Shown here: in pieces, positions 1 to 11,330 of the stretch | How positions within the stretch are numbered: position 1 is the stretch's first letter | Layout: each line of letters opens with the position of its first letter | Source: Diplonema japonicum | Taxonomy: Eukaryota > Protista > Euglenozoa: Diplonemea | Length of the DNA: 64,000 nt | NCBI GenBank assembly: GCA_964019335.1 | Contig: OZ025724.1 | Coordinates: forward strand, 310,001-374,000 | Direction of reading: 5' to 3' | Program-made: the position numbers and the translations under genes | The notes under the pieces: model-generated | Databases searched by the model: none | The model's input: the letters and a program-made list of their open reading frames with translations, nothing else | What the model was told of the DNA's origin: nothing

Positions 1-1482
1 CTTGCTCTCCTCCACATCATTTGACGCTCTTACAGCCCACGGGTGGATGAGAAGCTGTGGTGCGGTCGGTCGCTTCTTAGGGTTTCTTTGCAAACATGAT
101 ACAACGAATTCTTTCAGCTCCCCGTCCTCTTCAACAACCGGGGGTAAAGGTATCTCCTCATCCTCGTCAACAATTATCTTAATAATCTCCAGGTACCTTT
201 CAGTGTGGTGTGTGAACGGAGCGACCCCCGTCACCATTTCAAGAACGGTACACCCAAGCGACCATATGTCAACCGCTTCAGTATATTCCTCTTGTGAAAT
301 GATCTCAGGTGCCATCCATAACGGAGTGCCTTGAAGGGATTTTCGTCGTGGTGCTAGCTTGCTTACCAAAGCAGAAGCACCGAAATCTGTTAGTTTACAC
401 TCCCCGTTTATTGTCAGCAGGATATTCGCGCCTTTGATGTCACGGTGAATGATCCCGGAGGAGTGGAGATATTGAAGACCGAGGAGGATCTGCCGTGTGT
501 AGTAACATGTGGTACCCATGGAAAGCGGTCCGAACTGTTGGCACAGCCCCGCCACCGACCCTCCCGGAACGTACTCCATAAAAATGTTGATCGATTCTCC
601 GTCGCGCTCGGACGAGAGGTACCGGACCACGTTCGGGTGGTTCAGTGTTCTCATGAGCTGTATCTCGTTCTGAAGCTTCTTGATGTGTGCCATGATCTGC
701 GGGTCTTGGAGGTTGTACGCAATATTTTTGACAGCCATGAGCTCGCCTGTAATGCTATTCAGCCCTATGTGCACCAAGCCGTACGCACCTTGCCCTAGCA
801 GCGCGCCCTTTTTCCACGCCATTTTTTGCTTCATCATTGGGCTGGCTTGTACGATATCGTCTTCTAAAGAACTGTTGTCCAACACTATTTGTACCTGAGG
901 TTTTCCTTTGGAAGGGATCGGGGTTGGCTCGTTAGAATCAGCGCAGACTCTAACGTTCGGCATCGGTGCGATCTGGCTGTCTTTCGTGATACTCTTCACC
1001 TTCACCTTCATCGCAAGCCCCACAGCACCAATTCCTATTAAAACAGGCAACGTCCCCGTCCATCGTGGCGGTATCTGTGCTGTCTTGATGTGTGCATCAA
1101 TAGTGTTCATAAGTATGTACACGACGGTCCAGTATACATGATGTAGGGCAACAAGAAGACGGATGTTGAGGCACCACACGTGGCCCAAGGATAGCAGGCT
1201 CAGTACCAGCGGGACACTTGCCAATTCGCCTTCGCTGTAGGCAAGGCTGCACCAGGCTCCGAAGATCCCTGCTTGGACGGTGGTCATGACTGTGATGAGG
1301 ATTTCGCATCTTGATTTGAGTGCGCTGAGGAGAAGGCAGCCCATGAGGCATATCACGCTTTGGACGGCGATCATCCCGTCTTCCTCTGCTCCTTTGTGGA
1401 GGTCATATACCGTTACTGTCATTGTTACCATTGCGCACCCGGCTAGACAAGCGACCCTTCGGTATCGGTTTGTCGTGTCCAT
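1..1482 (-). CDS. STE11/MEKK-family (MAP3K-like) Ser/Thr protein kinase with N-terminal multi-pass membrane region; 3' end runs off the window
   Basis: Not in the ORF track because it has no stop in the window. Manual translation from ATG 1482 (MDTTNRYRRV...) is open for 494 codons. Motifs: WKKGALLGQGAYGLV, LMAVK, NEIQLMRTLNHPNVVRY, IFMEYVPGGS, IIHRDIKGANILL, KLTDFG, GTPLWMAPE, DIWSLGCTVLEM, KRPTAPQLLIHPW. The first ~160 aa carry several hydrophobic segments. Confidence 0.95.
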   Translation of the reverse strand, partial: MDTTNRYRRVACLAGCAMVTMTVTVYDLHKGAEEDGMIAVQSVICLMGCLLLSALKSRCEILITVMTTVQAGIFGAWCSLAYSEGELASVPLVLSLLSLGHVWCLNIRLLVALHHVYWTVVYILMNTIDAHIKTAQIPPRWTGTLPVLIGIGAVGLAMKVKVKSITKDSQIAPMPNVRVCADSNEPTPIPSKGKPQVQIVLDNSSLEDDIVQASPMMKQKMAWKKGALLGQGAYGLVHIGLNSITGELMAVKNIAYNLQDPQIMAHIKKLQNEIQLMRTLNHPNVVRYLSSERDGESINIFMEYVPGGSVAGLCQQFGPLSMGTTCYYTRQILLGLQYLHSSGIIHRDIKGANILLTINGECKLTDFGASALVSKLAPRRKSLQGTPLWMAPEIISQEEYTEAVDIWSLGCTVLEMVTGVAPFTHHTERYLEIIKIIVDEDEEIPLPPVVEEDGELKEFVVSCLQRNPKKRPTAPQLLIHPWAVRASNDVEESK

Positions 1483-1563
1483 TTTTTTTTTCCCCCCCAA
1501 AAAAAGAAATTTTTTATAAATTTAAAAAAAAAAAAAAAAAAGGGGGGGTTAGGAATAGGGTTA

Positions 1564-1848
1564 TTAAATATCAGCGAGGACGACATCCTCTATCCTTGTG
1601 TACTTTTGAAACGGGTGTCTACCGCTGAATTCGTCTCCCAAAAGCTCTGGGCTTACATCAGAGCGGGGCAAGAAGTAGTCACCCATCACCGCGTCAGTCA
1701 CGCTGTTAAGTGGCGCTTTCAGCTCTTTCATTTCGTCCCCCGACATAATCGCTACCTTCCCCCACATACTTCTGGCTGTTAAAGGCTGGTAGGGCACGTG
1801 GTGCACTCTACATGAACCTTTCAATATGGCACTCCGAGGAGTTTTCAT
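1564..1848 (-). CDS. Small hypothetical protein (94 aa, MKTPRSAILKG...VVLADI)
   Basis: Homopolymer-free coding-like island on the gene-bearing strand, with an A-rich context before ATG 1848 and a TAA stop. The ORF-track N-terminal extension is homopolymer-derived. Confidence 0.6.
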   Translation of the reverse strand: MKTPRSAILKGSCRVHHVPYQPLTARSMWGKVAIMSGDEMKELKAPLNSVTDAVMGDYFLPRSDVSPELLGDEFSGRHPFQKYTRIEDVVLADI

Positions 1849-1958
1849 TTTAGAGGGGGGTGGGGAGGGGGCCAACCTAAGAAACAATGTATGACGCCGT
1901 ACAGATAGAAAAAAAAAAAAAGAAAAAAAAAAAGGTAAAGAGGGGATCACGTGGATGG

Positions 1959-1989
<31 letters not shown>

Positions 1990-2057
1990 TCCGGGGTTTT
2001 AACCCGATCACACAGGGGAGGGGGGGGGGGGGATATTTCAGTTTTCAAACTTTTTTT

Positions 2058-2576
2058 TTTTATTTCACTCTTCGTCATTTTCTTCACTCACTAGGGGCCT
2101 CATTATTTAACGCGAAATCGCCATTATTTAACTAGTTAAATAATGAGATTTTGCAGTTAAATAATGGCCCTTCAGAGTGGAAAAATGAGTCTCGCCGTGG
2201 AAAAAAATGCACCCAACCCCTTGAAAAACTTTTTGGGGTGGGGGTATTTTGACTATTTTTGGCCATCTGAGGCCATTCCAGCCCTTAAAAGTGGGAATAA
2301 GTGCTTTACTTCCCCTTTAAATGCCACGGCGAAATAGCAACCCCATATTACCTTAGGAAAATCCCCAAAAAGGCTGACCTGCGTGAAAAAAAACAGCAGT
2401 GAAAGCAGTGAAGAGTGAGTGACTCAAATGACGAAGAGTGAAATAAAACGACTTACTTGCCGCCAAATGAGCCATTATTTAACTCTCGTTACCCGTTTTT
2501 TGCCCTGCGGGCCCTCGTGCAAAAAATTCGGGAACTCGAGTTAAATAATGACTCATAATTTGTTGGCAATAAATAG
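2058..2576 (+). mobile_element. Non-coding inverted repeat + terminal hairpin element, family H1, copy a
   Basis: TTTTATTTCACTCTTCGTCATTT at the left end recurs inverted at ~2426-2448. A ~125-nt hairpin follows, ending AATAAATAG. Near-identical copies at 4512-5023 and 32908-33493. Confidence 0.85.
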
Positions 2577-3202
2577 TTATTTCTTTTTTTTTTTTTTAGA
2601 TCGGGTGTGGATGTTGTTAGTCAGGGTGGGTCCAAGTATGCTCGTTATTGGCCATATGGTAGAAAAGTGACACCTTCGGAGTCCTCCAACATCAACCCCA
2701 AAAGGAGAAGCTGCGCCTTGGTGTACTTCTTTGAGGCGAACTCCACCTTAACTAGCTTCACGGCTTTTATGTTTTATATATAGAGTTAAAAGAGGTCTTT
2801 GTGAGATGCCTCCTCAAAGGAAAAAAAAAAAAAAAAGGTTTTATAAGCAAAATTACTTTAACTGCATTGTATTTAACTTGTGTTACATCACTGCATATAT
2901 ATATTGCAATGAACAGGTATACAAAGATAGGTTTCGTTTCGCTTGTTGTTGTTGCTGTTGTTTTTTTCTTTATTTTATTTTTTTTTTTTTGTTGACCCAA
3001 ATCTTCGGATCTTCATATTATAGACAGCTTTGTCTCAAGGAAGTGTTTTTTATGGCAACGGGGGAAAAAAAAAAATAAAAAAAAAAGAGAAAAACAATTC
3101 TTTTTTTCGTTCTTCCCCCCCCCCCCCCCAGCGAAACACCGACCAAGGACATGCTGCCAAACTAGAGGCACCTCCAAGAGATGCCACAATCGAATATAAA
3201 TA

Positions 3203-3423
3203 CGAGTCCTGTCCGGATCAAAAATGTCAACACCTTTTTTTGGGGGGTTCGAAAATCTTTTTTTTTAATATTGAAGGGAACATTGCTTCTCCACACGCTT
3301 GTCTTTTAAAATATATGGTGCTCAAGCCCGCAATTCTGCACACAATGTGGTGTCGGACTACTTTTCTACTTAGCCGCTGCCCCTGGAGGGTCATTTATAA
3401 ACATTTCTTTTCCGGACGGACTC
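3203..3423. mobile_element. Possible degenerate MITE (Tc1/mariner-like terminus)
   Basis: Imperfect TIR: TA|CGAGTCCTGTCCGGATCAAAAATGT ... ACATTTCTTTTCCGGACGGACTC. The right-hand TA target duplication is not clean. Confidence 0.4.
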
Positions 3424-4511
3424 AGTCTATAGTAGAGGAGGGAAAAAAAAAAATATTTTTTCATTTTATTTTTTCTTTTTTATTTCTCTCAGCCCAGCGG
3501 GGGTGGGGGAGAAAAAAAAGAATTCTGTAAGAAACACAGTTATTCTTTTTTAACCCCCCCCTTTTTTTTTAAAAGAATATGTTGCTTTTCTACACGGTAA
3601 CTATACGGGCTATAAAATAAAAGTGATAGAAAGAATGGGGTAAAAAGCTTTGCCTGGGGGGGGGGGGGGGTGGGGGAGGAGAAGAAAAAAAATGAAACGA
3701 GGCAAATACCCTACCACACATGCAGCAAAGAAGATATTTGGAACTGAATTTTTATTTTTTTTTAAAAAGTTTTACGCCCTATCTCTTCAAGGGGGAGCGT
3801 AAAAAATCCTTGCGTAAAAGACAATGAAATCTCTTTAATTTTGAAATGAATGGTCATTCAGATTTTGGAACTTTTTCCGTTTTTTTTTTTTTTTTTTTTT
3901 TTCCATTAAGTACAAATACGGTCTGTCCAAGCAAATATTAATCTTCGGCTTCCCCCCCCCCCCCCCCCCGGTTACCCCATTCACCATTTGGACCGAATGG
4001 GGTATAAAAAAAAAAGTTAACTTTTTATCTTTACGTGCCACATAGATGCATAGGCCCATTTGTTAAATAGTGAATTGTTATTTCTTTTCTTTTTTTTTCC
4101 CCCCCTTCGTTCGTCAGGTTTAGATGCTTTTTTTTTTTATACAGTTCTTTCGAGAGTTTCTAAACCAACACTGTAGTTATCGTAAAATAGAATTTTCAGG
4201 GAGGGGGGGGGGGGGGGGGGGGAAGACAAGCGTGCAACAAGAAAAAAAACACCCCATCTCGCTTAAAAAAAAAAGTTTTTTTTTTCTCCGCTTCTGGAAG
4301 AACGTCGTAAAAAAACAGTCGAAAATAATCCGTGTCATTTAGCAGAGACCACATAAGGTTGAAGAGAAAAAGCAGAACTAACCCCCCCCTTAGGAACGGC
4401 AACAACGGACAGGAAAGCAGGCCAACAAGTTCACACTTTCTGAAAATTACTTCTGAAGTAACTTCAGTACCGTAAGCTTACTTACTTAACCACCAAAGAA
4501 ATTACAAATAG

Positions 4512-5023
4512 CTATTTTATTTCACTCTTCGTCATTTTCTTCACTCACTAGGGGCCTCATAATTTAACGCGAAAAGCTCATAATTTAACTAGTTAAATTA
4601 TGAGATTTTCGAGTTAAATTATGAGACTTTGGAGTTAAATTATGGGGCTTCAGAGTGAAAAAATGGGTCTTGTCGTGGAAAAAAATGTACCCAACCCCTT
4701 GAAAAACCTTTTTGGGGACGGGGTATTTTGACTATTTTTTGGCCATCTGAGGCCATTCCAGCCCTTAAAAGTGGGAATAAGTGCTTTACTTCCCCTTTAA
4801 ATGCCACGGCGAAATAGAAACCCCATATTACCTTAGGAAAATCCCAAAAAGGCTGACCTGCGTGAAAAAAAAACAGCAGTGAAAGCAGTGAAGAGTGACT
4901 CAAATGACGAAGAGTGAAATAAAACGACTTACTTGCCGCCAAATGAGCCATTATTTAACTCTCGTTACCCGTTTTCGGGAACTCGAGTTAAATAATGACT
5001 CATAATTTGTTGGCAATAAATAG
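4512..5023 (+). mobile_element. Family H1, copy b
   Basis: Same sequence as 2058-2576 with the hairpin tip deleted. AAATAGCTATT occurs at both junctions. Confidence 0.85.
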
Positions 5024-5285
5024 CTATTCTTTTCTCTTTTTTTTAGATCGGGTGTGGATGTTGTTAGTCAGGGTGGGTCCAAGGTCTTTTTGAAAAAAAA
5101 CCTTTTTGTTCAGGAAATATATGAGTTAAAGGAGGCCGGTGTTGGCGGCGCTCCAAAAAAAAAAAAGAAAAGTAAAAGATGAGCAGGGGAGTTGGGGTGC
5201 GAGGAAACAAATAAAAAAAAAAGAAAAGGAGAAAACCATCATAACATAATAAGTGCGACAAAAAAAATTTTTTTTTTTTTTTAAA

Positions 5286-6430
5286 CCATTAAACCCACAT
5301 GTCATATATATATGACATAAAAAAAAAAAGAAAAAATATATAGGCCTTTTGGTCAAATTATGACCTTTCTTTCACCTTTCTGACGCCATTGCGCGATTTT
5401 TTCCACTTTGTTTGGCTAAATGCTGCCCTTTTTCAGCATTATTTTAAGTGTTCCAACGAAACAGGCCCGGCATGCACTTTTTTTTTGTGGCAGGGCGGAA
5501 AGCTTGTGCTACTCCTGAGCACACCCCTTTCAAGCCAAAGATGACCGCCACTCATCAAAGATGACCGCCACTCGTCAAAGATGGGTCGGCAAGGCAAAGA
5601 AAAAGTCCAGGGTCGCCTTTCCCATTCCAAAGGTCGTTGAAACCTACACCTCCCTTATGGGGGGTGTAGATGGGAACGACGCTGCCACCCAACGCAACAC
5701 AAAGTAGTCCAAAGCCGCCGGTGGCAGATGAAAATATTAAGGTTCCTGCTTGACAAAAGCCTCTTCAACTGCTGGGTACTTGCGAAGAGCGTCAATTCCC
5801 CCATCAAGTTCAATGAACTGGAAGAATGCATCGCACACGGCCTCTGTAAATGCATGGGCAAAGAACCTGCACCATCGAGACCACAAGACTCGAAGGATGT
5901 AAGGTTTGACCGCATCAAAGAGCATTTTCCTGCAAAAATTAGCATAATAGGTGCGTAGTCCATCATTGCATGGGTCCCAGAAGGTCCTCTGGCTATGAAT
6001 GTTCCACCTGTGGCAAGTGCCTCTATTCCACACCTTGCTTTTGGCTTTACCACCTGAACGAAGACATCACCGAGGATGATCTTCAGAAGCCCGAAGCACC
6101 GACAAGTACCAGAAACTCACTGATGGACCCCCGGACTCCCTCCACTGGCCAGAGAGGTGTGAAACGCAAGCTAAATCTGGGCTAGAATAGTGTTACAAGG
6201 GGTTTTTAGTGCATTTTATTATTATTTATTTTGCACTTTTTTCTACTCCTCTTACCAAAAAGGGTGTTGGGTCAAAAATCATAAGTTCAAAAGCCAGTTC
6301 AGGGGAACCCTGATACCTGAATGTCTCCAAAAAAGAACACTTGTATGGTTAAATGCTGCCATTTTTTTGAATTTTTTGGAATCGCCTCAAAAATGGGCTT
6401 TTTTCGGTTTTTTGCCTGTGGGCTTAGTGG
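5286..6430 (+). mobile_element. Internally deleted piggyBac element with transposase C-terminal remnant
   Basis: TTAA(A)|CCATTAAACCCACA ... TGTGGGCTTAGTGG|TTAA. Frameshifted remnants: YTSLMGGVDGND, SRRWQMKILRFLLDKSLFNCWVL, and the Cys-rich tail YECSTCGKCLYSTPCFWLYH. Confidence 0.85.
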
Positions 6431-6964
6431 TTAACCAAATAAAAAAATAAAATTAAAAAAAAAAAAGAGACATTTAAGGGTACCTGCGGTATGTGACAGG
6501 ACGCCTAAAAAAAAAAAAGGAAATTTATTTTGATAACAACAATGAACAAGGCGGTTTCTGTTCATCATTTAAAGAATAAAAATAAAAATATAAAAAGATT
6601 CTAAACACGATACGGTTCTCCAGAAGGAGGGGAAAAAAAAAAGGGGGAGAAGCCCCCCTCCGGGTGAACTTAGGGAATTGTCAAGCCTGCAGAAACCTCA
6701 ATGAGATGCATGTATCCCCCTTCAGCAGCGGTTTCTCCTCTCTGGTCTCCTTCGAAAAGAGGAACAAGCCGTATGTTTGCCAGGGGCTAGTGCCGTGAGA
6801 GCCATTTGAAGAACATCTCTCGATCCTGAGACGGCATCGTTTACAGTAGTGGACTACACGTGTTATCCCCACACCAAAAAAAAGAAAAAAAAATGGGGCT
6901 TAGTAATCCCAACCAGAACAGAAAATATCAAAAAAGAAAGAGAGAGAAAAAAAAAAAAAGAAAT

Positions 6965-7142
6965 TACTAAGTGGCGTTAAGCGTGCAACGAAGAATGAAC
7001 TGTCCACTTGATTACAGCGGGCGCACCTCGGCCGAGCTGTAGCTTCTTCTGCGTTCCGCGTTGAATCTAATGAATACGGTGCAACTCAACCCTAGCCGGG
7101 GGTGTCCCGGGTAACCAAAATTCTGAGCTCGACCAGTTTGCT
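6965..7142 (-). repeat. SINE/SIDER-like repeat body (family S), diverged copy
   Basis: Shares CTTGATTACAGxGGGCGC...GCTGTAGCTTCTTCTGCGTTCCGCGT...CCCGGGTAACCAA with 7622-7826, 15508-15830 and 53578-53892. Confidence 0.75.
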
Positions 7143-7360
7143 GAAAAAAAAGGAAATTGCCGTGACAAACGTAGTGGCTAGCAACGGCCCACCACAAAAC
7201 AAAAGAAGAAGAAAAAAAAAAATGCTGCTGGAAGAAAAATGGATTGGAGGGGGAACAGAACGAAAAGGAACCCCCCGCTATTCCCCCCCCCCCCCTTTTT
7301 TTTAAAGAGACGATTTTTAGCATTTGTTTGTGCCAGTGCTGCCTTTAAAACACAAAAGAA

Positions 7361-7500
7361 CTATTCTTTCAAGGTAATGCGTTTTTGCGCTCACTGCGGG
7401 TGCCGACCGCGGTGGTTCCAACGCTCAGCAAGGTCTGGTCCGGCAAAATCGGCCCCTTGTGGTGCCGTGTGTGGGGCACCGATGCAACGCAGAACGACGT
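7361..7500 (-). pseudogene. Degenerate 3' fragment of LINE family A
   Basis: Same terminus as the full-length element (plus strand CTATTCTTTxAAGGTA.TGCGTTTTTGCGCTCAC). Frameshifted remnants LRCIGAP, PILPDQT and TTAVGTR match the ORF2 C-terminus. Confidence 0.75.
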
Positions 7501-7621
7501 TTGGCGCTTCATTTGTTTGTGCGCACGAGCGGAAAAAGAACTACATAAGTACGCCAAACCTATCTAACTAAGAAAAAAAAGGGGGCCGAAATCCAAAAAA
7601 AAAAAGAAAAAAAAAGAGACT

Positions 7622-7826
7622 GTTTAAGGGTGCCTGCAGTATGTGGCAGGGCGCCCTGCTCAAGCATCGTCTACTTGATTACAGGGGGCGCTCCTCGGCC
7701 TAGCTGTAGCTTCTTCTGCGTTCCGCGTCGTGTCCTTAATGCGTGCGGTGTGCAACTCAACCCCAGCCATGGAGCCCCTGGTAACCAAGATTCTGAGCCC
7801 GTGCAGTTTGCTGCCTGTTCGTCACA
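7622..7826 (-). repeat. Family S copy carrying the LINE family C 3' tail
   Basis: The body is joined directly to TTAAGGGTGCCTGCAGTATGTGGCAGG, which matches the terminus at 52470-52513. Confidence 0.8.
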
Positions 7827-8301
7827 AAAAAAGAAAAGAAAAAAGAAAGAAGAAGAAGAAGAAGAAGGAGGAGAATACTCTCTTGAATCCGTGGTGCCAA
7901 AGCAGACGATGCAAAATTAGATAATTTCTTAACAAACAAAAAGAATAAAGAATAAAAAATAAAAAACCGCACCTATCCGCCATAATGACCAGGATCCCAT
8001 TAAGGGGGGGGGGGGGGGGGGGCAGGTCCTACTGGTAAAACCAGATCGATCACCACTTGGCTCTCAGTCGGCCAAAAAAAAAAAAAGAAAAAAAGCAAGA
8101 AAAATCACTGATGGGGGGAGGGGGAGAGAAGTGTTAAAAAAAAGGTTATATACAACAACCTATTTGAAAAAAAAAAAAAAAATTTTTTTTTCTTCTTTTT
8201 TTTTTAAAAAAAATTTTTTTTTTTTTAGTGTTTAGAAAAAAAAAAAAAAAAGTGAATGGGGAGGGTGGGAAACTAAAAGGATATGTGCCCAAAAAAAAAA
8301 T

Positions 8302-10758
8302 TCAAATCAGCTCTTCTTTTCTAAAAGTAAGCGTCGCCCCCTGGGGCCCCGACGCAACCGCCCTCCGCAGCAAGCTAACGGCGTACATCTGACTCGGCGT
8401 GAGGGAAGCGGGCAGCTTTTCCAGACCGGCTTCAAGCCCGTTTAAATCACCTGCGTTCACATCCTGAAGAAGCCCCAAAAGAGGGTCACGGTGCGACGCA
8501 AGCACATACATCCACTCATCACCTACACGGTCGGTAGGCGCTCCAATCTCAAAAAAAACACAAGGTTGGTGGTCCGACGACTGCGCACAAAGCAATAACG
8601 CACGAGAAGTTATCCTCCCATGGACAACCTCCTCCAGACTGTGCGGAGCAACACACAACGGTGTACCACAGAAGGCAGTTAAGTGCGCTGACGCAAGGCT
8701 TGCGATCCGCAATCCTTCCAAACACTGCCCCGTCACGGAGAACCCTCTGTAGGTGGTTGTACCTATGTTCCCAGCAGTGTAAGATCCACCTTGAAGCGCG
8801 CATGATTTCCATCTTCCTAAGGATCCCCGAAGCTTGTCTGCAGCAACACAAGCTTTGAATGTAGCATCCGGGCAAGGCCGTGCTAGATTCCATGAAACAA
8901 GCATTACATCAGACTGCAACAACCCGAACGGGTGAAGCATTCCTGTTGTTGTGTTCGTGATTTCTTGAAGGGTTGCGATCAACATGGAAAAATGTGCTTG
9001 GTGTGGAGTGGACATGTCCAAAGGCCCGGGAACCTCTAGTTGCATGAGAACCCCTTTGATTGTGTTCATTGGGTTCAGCTTGGGACCGAACCCAGCAGTT
9101 GGCTGCAGGTTGACCGGCGACTTCCCGGAATCGAGGGAACTATTGTTTGCGGAGTTGTTGATGGTGATGACGGCGATGTTGTTGTTGTTGCCGCTGGGGA
9201 GCTCAACGGTGTTGGCGATTATCTGCTGCTCATCGATTTCAGTGGTGGTGGCGGCAATAAACACAGTACTGGGGAGAAACGCTTTGTACTCATCCAACAT
9301 GTCGCAAGCAAAAAGCAAACCGTTTGTCAAATGCTTCACCTCATGCACCGATACATAATGGCTCAGCGACTGCGAGTAAGCCTCCCTCGCCGACACCGTG
9401 TCCATCGACCTCAAATGCATAGTCCCGATCGCGATCGCAGCTAACGGACGCGCCACGAGGAAGTACTCTGTCAACGCCAATATCGTGTCGAAAAGGAGAA
9501 CAGCGGATACAAATAACAACAGGTATATCAACGCTTCATTAACCTGACTTTGCACTGAATCTGTTGTCTGCATCCACATGATTCCAGCTGATATGGATGT
9601 CTCGTTGAGGTCATCCTTGAACTTGTAAAGCTGTTTCGTTCTGATGAACCAGCTTCCCTTTTTGAAGAAGCCTTCTCTGCTCGAACCTCGGATGGACGAC
9701 CACCCGGTTTGAATCGCTCCATTTGTGTTGTTCATCGATACGGAGCATTCTGCCAGCTTTCCCGTGAAGTCCTGTCTGTCCTGATATTTGTTCAAGCATT
9801 CAAGACTGATTACTTCTTTGATCGATGTTGCCGCGTAAACTATTTCAGTGTCCCAGTCAAATAACACAACCTCTGTTCCATTGTGGTTTCGGGCGTAATT
9901 GTCTATGATTTCATTCCATTTGTTGAAATTGAAACCGCTCCGAAATACCAACCCACGGAACCCGCTCCACGGGTGTGGCGGTGCAGGGGGTTTATAAAGT
10001 TTGACGAATTGAACAAAAATGTAAGTTGTGTTGTCCGCTGACGTCCACGGCCCGGGAGGCCTCAATTTTCTGGCGTAGTAATCATCATCTTCCCCGCCAA
10101 GAACAATATTTCGAACAGCCGTTCTGTCTAGAATCTGCGTGAAATTGAACTCGTTGCCCGGGAAGTCAAATGAGTACAATCTTTCCTTCGACGCCACACC
10201 TGTTGAAACATCTATAGGAAACGCAATAGGTTTCGGCCAGCTCCCCTCCTCGGCTGTGTTGTTGTACTGAGCATTATTGTATGCTGCCTTTACGTATATC
10301 CTCTTGTCGTCCTTGTTATCTTCAAACCACACGTGCTCGTAAAAAACAGAATCGGAGTATTCGGTGATTGGGAGGAGCTCGATACCAAGCTCGTTGAGGG
10401 AGCTGTGCCTTTTGATGTGGGAAAAGCCAAGCCATTGAATTTTTTGAGACCAGGTTTCAACTGTCTTGCCGAGGTTGCCGTCCATTCCCCCCAAGAGCAA
10501 GTTCGTGTGCAGGAAGCCTTCTGCTTCAAGGGCTCTTTCTACTACAGCATTGACCGCGGATCCTAAGCTTTCTGTCTCGGCATCGGAGACCTTTTCGATG
10601 ACATCTTCAAGAGCCTTTATAGACCTCCCATACAGGACCATTCCACCTCCCAGTGAAGCTAGGGTTGAGAACACCGAAGTGAACAGCAGTAAGTATAATA
10701 TTTTTATTGCCACGGTCGGCCGTAGAGCTGTTGTGCTTCCTGCGTAATCCGTCCCCAT
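8302..10758 (-). CDS. Receptor-type membrane protein with degenerate class III adenylate/guanylate cyclase-like domain (818 aa)
   Basis: TM at ~aa 18-43, a ~365-aa luminal or extracellular region, a second TM at ~aa 410-435, and a HAMP-like linker (RPLAAIA...EVKHLTNGL). Cyclase-like motifs: GMLHPF..SDVMLVSWN...ACVAA, AGNIG...RGFSVTG and C-terminal DEWMY. Confidence 0.85.
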   Translation of the reverse strand: MGTDYAGSTTALRPTVAIKILYLLLFTSVFSTLASLGGGMVLYGRSIKALEDVIEKVSDAETESLGSAVNAVVERALEAEGFLHTNLLLGGMDGNLGKTVETWSQKIQWLGFSHIKRHSSLNELGIELLPITEYSDSVFYEHVWFEDNKDDKRIYVKAAYNNAQYNNTAEEGSWPKPIAFPIDVSTGVASKERLYSFDFPGNEFNFTQILDRTAVRNIVLGGEDDDYYARKLRPPGPWTSADNTTYIFVQFVKLYKPPAPPHPWSGFRGLVFRSGFNFNKWNEIIDNYARNHNGTEVVLFDWDTEIVYAATSIKEVISLECLNKYQDRQDFTGKLAECSVSMNNTNGAIQTGWSSIRGSSREGFFKKGSWFIRTKQLYKFKDDLNETSISAGIMWMQTTDSVQSQVNEALIYLLLFVSAVLLFDTILALTEYFLVARPLAAIAIGTMHLRSMDTVSAREAYSQSLSHYVSVHEVKHLTNGLLFACDMLDEYKAFLPSTVFIAATTTEIDEQQIIANTVELPSGNNNNIAVITINNSANNSSLDSGKSPVNLQPTAGFGPKLNPMNTIKGVLMQLEVPGPLDMSTPHQAHFSMLIATLQEITNTTTGMLHPFGLLQSDVMLVSWNLARPCPDATFKACVAADKLRGSLGRWKSCALQGGSYTAGNIGTTTYRGFSVTGQCLEGLRIASLASAHLTAFCGTPLCVAPHSLEEVVHGRITSRALLLCAQSSDHQPCVFFEIGAPTDRVGDEWMYVLASHRDPLLGLLQDVNAGDLNGLEAGLEKLPASLTPSQMYAVSLLRRAVASGPQGATLTFRKEELI

Positions 10759-11287
10759 TGGGTGGTGGGGCCTCCCCCCCTCCTTTTAAAGGATAAACTT
10801 ATGCGAAGAAATACAAAATAGAAAGAGAAGAAAGAAAAAAAAGGAAGGGGTTTGATATTGGAAGGTGTGAGGGGGGAGGGGGGGAGGAAAAAATATATAT
10901 ATATCAGTTGTAAGGAGGTCCTTTGTGAGACGTTCCTTTTTTTTTTTTTCTCCCTTTGTTCTCTTGCACCACATTTTAGGTGCATTTTGGGCAGTATTGC
11001 GCTCCCTTTCCTTTCTGCAGTTCACACGCCAAGATTTTACCCGGGAGAATGTTGGACCGGGCTTGGAAAAAAAAAAAAAAAAAAAAAAAAAAGAAGAACT
11101 ACTGTTAACTGAATCGCCCAATACTTAGGTGGTCTTGCAACACCACAGCCATCGCCAACGTGCCAAAATAAAATGGGCGGCACTCGACTGAGTATTGACA
11201 CGCTTATGATTAACAAAGGGGCTTTAAAAAAAGATTTTTTTTTTTTCCCGACCGATTTTTATTCCGGACCTGGGAAGAACTATGGGG

Positions 11288-11330
<43 letters not shown>

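Noticed and set aside
6681-6872. 63-aa Cys-containing ORF, and similar islands at 2640-2765, 13685-13890, 19130-19320 and 42600-42730, as host genes
   Set aside because: They have no convincing ATG context or family motif. Several adjoin repeated tails or contain stops, so they are more likely decayed element fragments.
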